From: a virus
DNA length: 64,000 bases
Strand: one strand, 5' to 3'
IMG/VR virus record: IMGVR_UViG_3300037336_000025
Span: 32,001-96,000 of that record
Under the pieces are notes generated by a model. It was not told the origin of the DNA. It saw nothing but the letters and a program-made list of their open reading frames with translations, and searched no databases. Below, piece by piece: positions 19,376 through 31,200 of the stretch. The position numbers and the translations under genes were made by a program. The first letter of the stretch is position 1. Every line of letters begins with the position of its first letter.

Positions 19376-21523
19376 TTATACCGCCGTAGTAAATGCAGGA
19401 GGACCTGATCTAATAATGTAATTTAATGTTTGATACGGATTCATTATACCAACTGCTGTACTAAATGTAAAATCGGAACTTGGCTTCTTAATAGGTCCAG
19501 AAGTATTTAGGAACTGTGCTTGTCCAGGTGCTGTTGGGCCAAACCCAGTTGTTGCAGGTGGATTAATTGCGGTATCAACTCGGATTGCAGAATACTGTGT
19601 GCCTGCATTTTGTAAACTGTGTTCGTGATCTGGAAGATTTCCTAAGGATAATGTCACTGAACTTGCACCAGCATCGGCACCTAACTGCTGTGCTTTAGTG
19701 TCTGGAACCCGACTAGCGGTTCCACCGCCTGCGTCAACATACCCGCCGATACTGTTAGGAACTGTACCAGCATTATCCATATTGTCTCTACCTAACGGAA
19801 ATCGTCCTCGTAAGTCTGGCAATCTATATGTATTTACGCCACTGAGAGCTGCTGTACCATTGTATGTTGTAGAAATAATGTCGAATAGTTCAGGATATTT
19901 AATGCGTTCAATTTCGCTGCCATCACAAAATAAGAATCCATAAGGTACAGACCCTCCTGCATACGGAAGGATAGCACCAATTGGTATACCTAAATCGCCT
20001 ACAAACGTATCTCTAGTTTGTTTTAATAATCCACTTGATACACTAGCTGCTTCAGATTCTCTGTAGGTTAATATAAAATCTGTTTTCTTAGATACGTTAG
20101 GAAAAGGATTACTTTTTGCTGAAATAATATTTGCAGTTAGTGAAGTAGCAAATGTTTTAGTATAACTGCCAACTTGTCCATCGAACTGGATAGCCGGAGA
20201 TACTACGTCTCCAGTTAACTGAAAGGTAGTTACATTTTTTAAACTAATAGCTCTGTTTGCATCTCCACTAATGTTGCCGTCTAATACACCTCGGATAGTG
20301 TCTGCAATAACGGTTTTTGCTCTTACAGTGTTCCAGCGTTTTAGTGATGTTCCGTTATCATAGGTATCAGTAGTTGCAGGTTGCAAGTCATTAAGTTGAG
20401 TAGTCCCGGTAACGTTTAGACCTTCTCCAATTAATACGTTTTTAGTAACTGCTAATCCGCCTAGTGTGCGGATGCTGCCGTTGCCAAAGTTAGTGCTAGC
20501 GGTTGCGTTTGTTACTATTAAATTTCCGTTTAGTGTAATGTTTCCATCAACATCTAATGCTTCTTCAGGAACTGCTTTGTTGATGCCTATCTTATTATCA
20601 AGCACACGCAAAATTGTAGTAGGTACACCGTTTCGGTTAACTTGCAAATCTACAGAACTACCTGCGGCTGAATTATAAATTCGAGCAGAAGTGGCGCTAG
20701 TTGAGATATTAAAGTTTCCATCAAGTCCAAGTGTTACTCCCGAATTGTTTTTAACAACAATTCCAAAATCAGTAGTATTAGTAATATCTGATCTTAAAAA
20801 TTTACTAGCTGAAATAATTGAAGTGTCAGTAGGAGTGTAAGTTGAATCAACTTTTAATGCGTTAGCAATTAATGAGGTCCCATAATACTTAGGTAGGAAT
20901 CCACCTTCGAAGCTTGTAATTTCTTCACTAGTTGCAGGTATATTAATATTAATACCACTCTTGATTAGCGGGTATCCAGAGATAGTAACTTTTGGGGTGA
21001 AACTATCTTTACTAATAATAATTACCGGAATGTCAGCGATATAAAATGCTAATACAGATCTAGTTGCGTTATCTGAGTCAATAATAGATTCCACAGAAGG
21101 TCCGTATCGTAGACCGTCTAACGAACTTTCGCTTGGTCCAACTAAAATCCATCGCGTTCCTGTATAGATACGTAACTGCTGATTAGTAGTATCGACCCAT
21201 AGTTCTCCAACTTTAGAAGTTTCTACGCTCGGTTCATTTGGACTCTTTTGAATGTTACTAGCTGCTTTCCAATTAGTTCCGTCAAATAATTGTAAAAATC
21301 CGTTACCACTATCATACCAAAGTTGTCCTTCAGTTGGATTAATTGGTTGGTCGGCACTAGCAAAGTTTTCTAATACGTGTAGGAAATTTTCTGCAATAAT
21401 CTGCCCGTACCCGGTAACATTCCTGCCTGGAAATGTTAAACTAGTGTCTGTGCTAGAAGTATTGTCAAACACCGTTAATGGTGTTTTATTGTCGCTGTCG
21501 GTAAATTTAACTGTATATGGCAT
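19376..21523 (-). CDS. Tail fibre with tail-collar domain (short-fibre/gp12-like)
   Basis: PIGAILPYAG...GFLFCDG...YPELF...LPDLRGRFPLG tail-collar motif and C-terminal NPYQTLNYIIR. Confidence 0.75.
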   Translation of the reverse strand: MPYTVKFTDSDNKTPLTVFDNTSSTDTSLTFPGRNVTGYGQIIAENFLHVLENFASADQPINPTEGQLWYDSGNGFLQLFDGTNWKAASNIQKSPNEPSVETSKVGELWVDTTNQQLRIYTGTRWILVGPSESSLDGLRYGPSVESIIDSDNATRSVLAFYIADIPVIIISKDSFTPKVTISGYPLIKSGININIPATSEEITSFEGGFLPKYYGTSLIANALKVDSTYTPTDTSIISASKFLRSDITNTTDFGIVVKNNSGVTLGLDGNFNISTSATSARIYNSAAGSSVDLQVNRNGVPTTILRVLDNKIGINKAVPEEALDVDGNITLNGNLIVTNATASTNFGNGSIRTLGGLAVTKNVLIGEGLNVTGTTQLNDLQPATTDTYDNGTSLKRWNTVRAKTVIADTIRGVLDGNISGDANRAISLKNVTTFQLTGDVVSPAIQFDGQVGSYTKTFATSLTANIISAKSNPFPNVSKKTDFILTYRESEAASVSSGLLKQTRDTFVGDLGIPIGAILPYAGGSVPYGFLFCDGSEIERIKYPELFDIISTTYNGTAALSGVNTYRLPDLRGRFPLGRDNMDNAGTVPNSIGGYVDAGGGTASRVPDTKAQQLGADAGASSVTLSLGNLPDHEHSLQNAGTQYSAIRVDTAINPPATTGFGPTAPGQAQFLNTSGPIKKPSSDFTFSTAVGIMNPYQTLNYIIRSGPPAFTTAV

Positions 21524-21526
21524 TTA

Positions 21527-22189
21527 TTATACCTCTGTAAAGCCGGTTAAGCTCTGTACACGAATTGTATAATCAACTTGTAAGAGTCTGTTTAAAGATT
21601 TTTGTACTGGATGAAAAACTACATGAGTTAATAATTTTCCGATACCGTCTGGGTTGTAAGATTTAAGTCCTAATTCGTCAAACACAAAATTTCCGCTTAG
21701 ACTAATTGAGTTATCAAATGCTTCTTGATCAATTGGCTCACCATAGTCTAACAAACAACTAATAATGATATCGCTATAAGTAGCACCGCTAATATGGCGA
21801 ACTTCCATTTTATTTCTTATAGGATCAACATTATTAGTTGAATTTTGATCAACTACTTTTGTATATGTTTGATTATAAAGACTAGAGTTAACTCCAACAG
21901 TATTAGGTGTCAGATATGTAATAAGTCCTGTAGGATCTACAGTAGTTCCGCCTGTGCCAAATGACATTTCATATACTGTTCCTTGCCCTTGGTTTGATAA
22001 ACTTTGTACCATAGCCACTGACATGTTTTCATAATGAATAGCATTTCGCTTATCTTGAAAAACTTCTCCAGTTTCAGGGTCAAATATTTTAATGTGACCT
22101 TCAAAGTGAAAGCCTCCCGTTTCATTAGGGCGAGTTTGTTTAGTATTTTGATCTGTATTTTCTGGCATTTTAGTCTCTTGTGTTTCCAT
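21527..22189 (-). CDS. Putative baseplate/fibre adaptor protein
   Basis: Beta-rich, with FDELGL...LLTHVVF...LQVDYTIRV; lies between the giant baseplate gene and the fibre genes. Alternative start at ATG 22168. Confidence 0.5.
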   Translation of the reverse strand: METQETKMPENTDQNTKQTRPNETGGFHFEGHIKIFDPETGEVFQDKRNAIHYENMSVAMVQSLSNQGQGTVYEMSFGTGGTTVDPTGLITYLTPNTVGVNSSLYNQTYTKVVDQNSTNNVDPIRNKMEVRHISGATYSDIIISCLLDYGEPIDQEAFDNSISLSGNFVFDELGLKSYNPDGIGKLLTHVVFHPVQKSLNRLLQVDYTIRVQSLTGFTEV

Positions 22190-22194
22190 ATATG

Positions 22195-22200
22195 TATTTA
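22195..22200 (-). promoter_or_regulatory. Putative late promoter TAAATA, 5 nt upstream of ATG 22189
   Basis: Minus strand reads gaaTAAATAcatatATG; no SD before ATG 22189. Confidence 0.5.
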
Positions 22201-25200
22201 TTCAGGCAATTTCGTTGTGCGTTTAGCTATGAAATTAGCAATAGGAGTTGCGTTTTCTAGCAATGTAATCCCGCTAGTAGCGGTATCTTCACCTCGATCA
22301 TACCATGAATTTCCTGTTCGTTTAATAATAGATATACGAGTTCCTGCAGAAACGGCTTCAGTAAGTCGTATAATTACTGCAGATCCATCTACTGAAAATT
22401 CTGCTTCTAATGTAATGTCTGCACCTGGGCTACTTGCACCGTTAATTTCATTATATACAGCTAACGGATCTTTACGTAATCGTCTTCCGCCTACAAACAC
22501 TTCTATTTCGTCGCATGGTCCATAAGTTGTAGGAATTGTAGTACGTACCCAGTTATTTCTAGAAGACTTAGCTGGTACATAGTTTAGGGGTCCAATTAAG
22601 ATAGTATTTCCGTCGCTAATAAAGTCTTCTCTAATTTGACTTTCGTTATACGGAATAACTTCTCGAGATCCTTGATCAACTACCGGTGTCCCAATAGCAT
22701 ATAAATTGCCAATTGATGTTCCGTGACTACCTCTCCTTAGTTGAGACAATACATTACCTGCTTTCCGTGTATACTCTATGCGCTCGCCATTAATTTCAAC
22801 AACACCTGGAATATTTCTAGATGCTATAGGAGCTGTTAATTCAGTAGCGTCGGTAACTGTGATAGTTTGATCATAATAGTTTAATGCTACAGCTAGTGTT
22901 ACAGAATTAATTGAATATCTAGTAAAACGGTAGATGTTTAACATATCTTTGTGTATTTCATAAGCACTTGGCAATTTATAAATATCAGTCCCAAACATTA
23001 CGACTTTGATTAAATCATTAGTAGTACTGTTATCTGTTAGGTAGATAGATCCTCTTGGCAACGTGATGAAATAATCAATATCTTTAGTTAATCGTATTCC
23101 GTTCTTGTACACCCATACATAATTAATTGACAACGGAGTTCGTTGTAGGAAATAATTTACTTTTCCTCCAGTGAACTCATCTGATATAATACGCATAGTT
23201 GGATATTCGCTAAACCAAGTAACATCAATGATATCATTGTCTGTTTCATTAGTTGATGTAAGTTCAACTCCAGCAGCAATAACAATGTTGTTATTTTCTA
23301 CATAGTATTCAGATCGTAGATTATTTTCAATTCTAATAGTATTGCCATTACTTAAAATTGCAGGTGTAATAGTAATTATTTTATTAGTGCCGTCATACAC
23401 ATAGTCTCGGATAACTGTGCGTTCTACATTATTCACAAACAATTTAATATTGCTTGTTAAAATTGCACCAGCACTCTCTACCGGGTCAAGGCCTAGCACA
23501 AACTTATTAGTAATACCGTCGTAGACATAATAGCTAGTATCTGGTCCACGTAGCGCAACTCCATTAACTTCTACTATCATCGACGATGCAGCTGATGCAG
23601 ATGGTAAATTAACAAATTCTGCAAGGTCAAAATTTCTAGTACTTCCTTCAAATTCAAATGACTGTTTGTGAACTTGTACTAGCGAAACTCCTGAAGAATC
23701 AGTAACCGTTGACGATCCTAAACAAATAATCTTAACAACATCTCTAAACTCTGGATTTGTTCCAAATTGGATTAATGTTTTATTAGTCGTAGATGTTAGC
23801 GCAGAACTATTGGTAAATCCAATATCCTCTCGCTGACCGTTTATTGTTACAAATACTGAACTTGTATCTGCAAAATTTGCTGCTGTTAAGAATAAACTAG
23901 TTTCGCCATCTGCCACAAATTCTTGATAATCTAGCAATACAATTCCACCAATGCCTACAGATATTATTTCGATTATTGATTCTGCGGTAGGTGCCACTAT
24001 AAACTCAATTTGGTTAGATACAAAATCAATTGTATAACTATCTTCTTGATTAATCTTGTTAACATAAACTAATACAGACGTTGTTTCTAATACATTCAAA
24101 TCAATAGTGTATAACTTAGTAGTACCGTCAGCTATGATAGTTTTAGACTGTAAAGGTGCAGCTCCAGTTGATGTGTTGTTAAACACTTTGATGCTTACAC
24201 TATCTAGGACCTGACCTGGTACGTTTTCTTCAGTAGCAGGCACTTGATCAGGACTAATAAATTTGTCACCGTCTATTGAAATTTCGTCTGCTGTGATACC
24301 GGTAGCTGTAGAATATGCGCCGGTCATACTTGCTAGTGTACCACCGCTTAAATTAGTGTCTAATAAATTACCATCGTTGATTGATACAGATCCATCACTT
24401 TCGATTGGGCGGAATATTAAAATGTCGCCGGCAGCAGTTTCAACGTAAGGAAAGTCAGTTAGTTGATTTACAAAATCAACTGTTGCAGTAACTCCGTCGC
24501 CGATAAAGGTTGGCATTTCTGCATTAGGATTTGATGAAGTTGACGAATCTACTTGATTGTTAAATGCCGGATCGTCAATTCTAATAGATCTTTGATCGCC
24601 TACTCTTTTAATGTAGATGTTAATCTCTTGACCTGTGGCCGGAACAAACGGTAATGTAATATTAACAGTACTGCCGTCGCATACAACATAATAATCTGCA
24701 CTCGACTCAACACTATCCCAATTATCAGTAAACCATGGTAGTGCATCCCAGCCGCCAGTGACATCGAATGTTGTACCTTGTATTTGCACACCGCCGAAGT
24801 CAATACCTGTCATTAACTGGGTTAACTCGTTGCCTTTCATTCCTGCTGTAGGTGCATAGTATTTTTGTATTCTATTAACACTGTCCAGTAAAGAATCATT
24901 CTTTTCGTAGTTAACTACAATACTATCTCCTCTAGCTGGAATTTCTGCAAAGCTAATCTTTCCTTTTAGTAAACTATAAGTATCAGTAGTAGAGGTGAAC
25001 AAGCTAATAAAATATTGATTGTTTAACAAAACTTGTCCATTCTTAACAACTGAAATTTTACTTTTATCTCTAGTTGGAGCATAGTTTAAATTGAACACGG
25101 AAACATTTCCAGTTCCAACAAGTGTCTGAGACTGTGAAAATGTTGTGAACAGGCCTGTCTTGCTAATCCTATCAAATTTCATAGTTAGATCGAAAGTTCG

Positions 25201-28200
25201 AACTTTCGAGTCTCCAATGAATGCTACCGCTTTTGCTTGCTCTGAACTTGCTGGATTGCCTCCGACTAATGTAACAGTTGGCGCTGATGTATATCCTGTT
25301 CCCGGATTTGTTACTTTAATTCCAGAGACTGCACCGTTTGAGATGTATGCCTGCGCTGTTGCACCCGTACCTGTTCCGGTAATTAATACTGCAGGAGCTG
25401 AAATATAATCTGCACCTGATTTATATGTAGTAATTGCTGTTATAGAATATCCGTTAGTATCCGTCCACCATTTCCACGGATACGATTGCAATTCGATACT
25501 GTATTGATTCACTGGAACAATTTTTCCTGCTTCAACTGAGTAAGTTGGAGGTAAATCAAAATCTGAAATTGCAGACGGTGCCGCTTCTATTGTGTCGTAT
25601 CTGCTGATATATTCTCTTACCGTTGTTCTATATGGCTTAACTTCGTTAATATATTCTTGGAAACTTTCAATGTTATCATTTTTGTAATTAAGTTTTTGCG
25701 TTAGCGGACCTACATTATGAGTAGCCGTTAAGAAACTAGTTTTAAACGCCCAGTCAATATATGTCTGTTCAGCAAATGCATATCTTACAGAATTAAAGAA
25801 TAGTCGGTTCCATTCGATTGCATAGTCGCCAATAAATATGTTTTCTTTGATTGCCGCAAAAATATTTCTTAATTCGGTAGAATTTCCTATATCATAGTAA
25901 GTAGCATCAAATGTTTGGGCAGTATCATACCCAATCCCAGATGATGTAATATCATACAAACTGCTAGATAATTCCACAGTACCTTTTTCTCTACCTACTA
26001 GTTGATGGTTATCTAAAAATGTATTAATGCTAGTATTTTGCAAATTAGTTAGTTCTTCAAAGACTGCCCATCCGCCAGCGCCGTATTCTTTAATACGGAC
26101 TAGATCTCCTGCCTCAAGATTTGTTATCGCAGGATACTCTGAAAGATTTGTAATTTCCTTAACAATGCGGTCTGTTGGAGTATATCCTTCTTTCCACCAA
26201 TCTGATAGACTCCAATAACGTGTTGTGTCATACGATTGCGATATACTTCTAAAGAACACTTTTCTTACATCATCCCATGCATATATACTCCAGAAATTAT
26301 TAGAAGTAGCATCACTATTAACTAAAACCGAGAACTGTCTTACTGTTGCAGATGCTGAACTATATTTCTTACCTTTTGAAGTTATTACAACTGCAATAAC
26401 TCTGCCCTGGCCATCAATGCGGCATGCTGCTGTGGCTCCTGTACCTGTACCTGTTATACTAATCGTTGGACCAACATACACTCCAGGAATTGATTGATTA
26501 ACTAATTCTGTTGGCTTGTAACCAAATCCCGGACTAACAATATCAATAGTATCGATTAATCCGTCTACAATGTTAACTGATAAAGTCGCTTGACGAGTTT
26601 TAGCTGTACCCACTAATAATAAGTCTGCGTATGTATCTACTGCAACATCATAGCGATTTAATACAGCATTAGGTGCTTGGTCAATTAAATTTAAGTTATT
26701 AAAATTGATAATATCTGCAAACGATTCCTGTTGCAACACAGTATTAACTCGTTGTATAGCTGCTTTCAGTGCTGCTATATTATTAACAAACATTGACTGC
26801 CTTGGTCTAAAACTTATTCCGTATTTTTGTTTGTCAGATAATGTAGAATCTGGAACTCGGTCACCTGTTAAATTTATACCAATTAAACTATCAATCCATT
26901 TTGTTTCTAACTGTTTTGTAGGTACGCTATCTGCTACACCTTCAGTTAACAATTGATATTCGTTGTGTATTGCATTTAAACTATCAGTGGTTTTACGATA
27001 TTCAATATTCAACAATGCTGTATCAGACGAGATAACCGAGGTAAAGTTATACGTTAATATTTTGTCTGTATCTAGTAGTGCAACAAATGCTGTTCCGGTT
27101 CCTGCTGGGCTACTGATATATGATGCAACTGATGCAGCTGATATTCTTCTGCTTGGCATATTTTCAGGTACTGTTACTTTGCTCTTGACCCAATAATAGT
27201 ATAAGGTTGAGGTTGCTAGCCCAGTATTAGAATTAAACAGTTCTTTAACTGAATACACATTATCATTAGGATATAATGGCTGTCCGGAAATACCTTCGGC
27301 TATACCTTCGTTAGTATCTGCAACTCCGCTCCATTCTGACGGTAGCAGTAAACTTTCTACCCATTCGTAAATGTCAATACTTGCGCCTGCTGCAAGAGTA
27401 TTCCAGTTGCCTACTCGATAAGCAATATCGCCTTGCTGATAGTCTATCCACTTAGCTTGTGACAAATCCCACCAAAGTTCACCTACATGTTTAGTAGTCC
27501 ATGACTGTGTTGGTTCAACAACTTGATCATCAGTTCCTAGTGTGTACACTGCCGGATCAAACGGAGTTTTGAATGCAAGTTCCTGTTCTGCAGAATTTAA
27601 TATTTTTAAATTAGCATGGTCAACATAGTCTATGTCTTGAATTTTTGTGTTTTTAACATTGTCATATAACCCAATGCTTCGAATTTTTGCAAGGTCAACA
27701 ATTTTTTGCTTAGTTGATAACACTTCCCATGATTCGATAGTTTCATCTTTTCTAAACAATCTAACTGTGCCTATCTTTTGTCCAGGGTATGTAAATGCTG
27801 ATCCAGACAATACCGGCGCAACAAATCTGGGAGATCCTACAGCTATTGCAGATCTAGTACAATCTATGCTATTACCAAAAGATTCAAACGGCGATAACTC
27901 TGCTTCTAATTTTTCAGTTAGGAAATAGCTATCTGCTTTTCTTTCAAATACATATACTGCGCCTGCATATCCCTTTGCATCGATAAATCGTGTTAGCGAC
28001 TGATCAAACGATGTACCATCTAGAGTATCAAACATTGTGACATTAACAAACGGAGTATTCTTTGCGCCGATGGCAATTCTTTCTGTACCAGAGCTAATAG
28101 AGATACTTTGGCCGAACCATTCATCAGCATACTGTTCAAAACTTTCTAGTTTTTGCTTCAATCTAAATTCGAGGGCTGCAAGTCCTGCAGTTTCGAACAC

Positions 28201-31200
28201 ATAAGCAGAGCCTTGATTTATAAGATTTAAGTCTGCCCTAGGACTTGTTATTACTAGTGTAGTTCCTGAATAATCAACATCAATAGCAAATCCAAATTGG
28301 TCGCCTGCATTAATTTCTGTATTGCCGGTAGTAATATCATTTAACCCTACCATCGATCCAGCATTGATTGTCTGCTTGAGATCATATGTTCCCAATGTAG
28401 ACCGTTGGTAAATGTAAACTTTGCCAGATGATACTGTGGTACTATCGCCCACATTAATCCAAGGCAGTCCACTGCCTGACGGGTCGTCGTTAATGCTTGT
28501 TGCATCTGTTAATTTATAATATTGTGTTTCAGACTTCACTACATCATTTTCAGCATACTCTACATCTGCTCTCCATTGTCCTCTGTAGTTTGCAAAATAT
28601 TGGCCGTCGCTGTTTGGTGCACCGATAACAAGAATGCCACCGTCTCGGCTCATAGTCATCGAAGTACCGAACTCGTCTCCTACTTTAATTAATTCTGCTA
28701 ATTGCGTGTTGCCTAATATACCAATAGTAGCTTCTTCTGTAAGATTTATAAGCGCTAATGTTGATCCATCATCGTCAATGGAGATATTTGATGGTAGTGA
28801 GGTATGTGTAGATCCTGGATCTAGTTGTGTCCACTGTTGTGAGTCTACAGTAATAGAGCTGCCGTCACCTAGTTGGTCTTCTAGAGACTGCCACAAAGAT
28901 TCGTTAAACCAAACAATTGTTCCTGCTGGGTAACTAGTTGCTCCTGTTGGATCATAGATTCCAGCATAGCTAGAATTTTCTTTGTGTGTCCACTCTACGC
29001 CGTCGTATTCAAATAGGTAAACTCTTCCTCGATTTTCTAGTGAACCGATTGCAGAGACTGCCATGTAATATTCTGTGCCGCTTACTCCAATTGCAACTTC
29101 TGAGCCAAAGAATTCATATTCTTGTGGACGCGGGCTAACAAATGAAGAATGTATATTCCATTGTTGGTTACTCCATTCGTAAATAGAAATCATACCTTGC
29201 TGAGTAAATCCAGGAGCTCTTCCGGACGATAGTGCAGGAATAGAGTTAGCTTGTTCCCAATTTTCTGAATCAAGATCAATCGTGCTGTAATCGCTAGTGT
29301 TTATATCCTTGTTTGCTTTCCATAAACTACCAGCATATAGAACAATATCATCCTCTATGTATGATGCTGATGAAAAACCACCCTGGTAATTACTCTTGAT
29401 TCCGCTGGCCAATGGTGATGACACGATTAACCAACGACTGTCTGGACTTATCGCCATCTTGCTACCAAACGATCCAACAACATTTGACTCGAACCCGCTT
29501 AGAGGAGCAATAATTTGTTTTAGTGTTAGACCATTATGTGATTCAATATAACTCATTACATATCCGGATCCTGGAATACTAGATATAGTCTGTTTTAAAT
29601 TGTCATCATAGATAACTTTAGTTCCTGCATTAATAGGAGTTGTAATGCCATACTCAGTTAATTCTTTGTTTACAAATTGTTTATTTTTTCTAATAACTTC
29701 CCAAAGGTCACTGCCGTTGTTGTCAACCCACAGTTTAGCGCCATTAACTAATAATGCGGCTGCTTCTGGATCCAATGTGTCGTAGGATGCAGTACGAGCA
29801 GTAGTCAACGTGTACAATGTTGTAAGTGTGCTAGCATCAAATTCAGGTGCAGTAGTTGAGGTTGCTTCAACTACTAATGTATAATCTCCAACTTCAACAA
29901 TCTTAAAAAATCCTGTAAGATTAGGAATTTCCTTAACCCCAACAATGTCGTCAACTATAAGACTATGACGGCGTGACAGTGTAATTGTTACTTGCCCATC
30001 TGCTAGAGATACGTCAATAATATTAAGTTGTGGTGCTTGGTTATATCGTAAAACTGTCCAGGTGTATGAATCAAATGTGATCCAGATATGATCATTTTCT
30101 ACAACACTATTAATATCAAGATCTAAAATGTCGTCTCTAGATTTCAATATAAAATCTATTTGATCATTTTTTACATATCCAGCCGTTTTTTCTAATCCAT
30201 TGCTGTATGCTACAGGAGTTACATTAAAAGTAAAGTCTATAGGAGATACTGTAAAATTTGATTGTGCGATTCTATAATATTGATCAGTGATAGCTGTATC
30301 AATATTAGCTGTTAATAAAAACGGTTGGGGATCAATTTTAAATTTATTCTTTGAAAATTCAAACTCAATTTCTCTTAATTGATCTGTTCCGCCGACGCGG
30401 CCAACTCTAAATGCCCATTCCTCATTGAGTACAATACTGTCTCCTGTTGAACGACTTAGTTTATTAAACACTTTAGAAATTGCATTTGCTGTGCCCTTTT
30501 CTCTAACAAATCCCTGATATAATTGGAACTGTGTTACTGGATCTTCAGCTAGAGTTTGTAAATATTCTCTAGTCTGGTAACCAACTGCGTGACGTGCTAG
30601 AGCACGTTGGCTTTCACCTGTACCTTCAGCATCTACATTATAGTAATCTTCAAATTGATTGATCTTATAATCAAAGTTTGCAACTAGTTGTTTTTCCGGG
30701 GTTGAATCTAGTTTTGTCCAGCTAGTATTGTTAAATGTTTCTGACCCTAATTGGTTTACAAGGCTAGTCCAATTGTAACTTCTATAAGAAACAATGTCTC
30801 CTAACTTATAATCATTAAAAGGAGCCCAGGCAGTAATGTTAACGTTATCAAACAAAAAGCCAGGGCTAGTGTAATCCCCGTCCCAATCAACTGTGCGGAA
30901 TCCTTGTGTCTTTAGCCTATCCTGGCGATACCCAGTTGACTTGTCATAGATAATATCATTGAATACTGTACGATCAGAGAAAATAGCAACGTGTTCTTTA
31001 AGCACATAGTATACTGTTAGGTAATGGATACCTTCTGTAGTATTAGTAGTCGCTACTGTGATATTTTGAAAACTTCTGTTAACGTTAATAAAATTAGGAG
31101 CTAACGGTTTTCCGTCGGCTTTTAATAACTGGTAACTGTAGAATCCATCTAGAATATTATCAGCAACTCCTACTGGAATTGTAATATCTAATTTTTCTGC

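Noticed and set aside
13031-21523. Diversity-generating retroelement or invertible fibre cassette
   Set aside because: No reverse transcriptase, invertase, or near-identical template/variable repeat pair was seen; fibre repeats are diverged at the DNA level.
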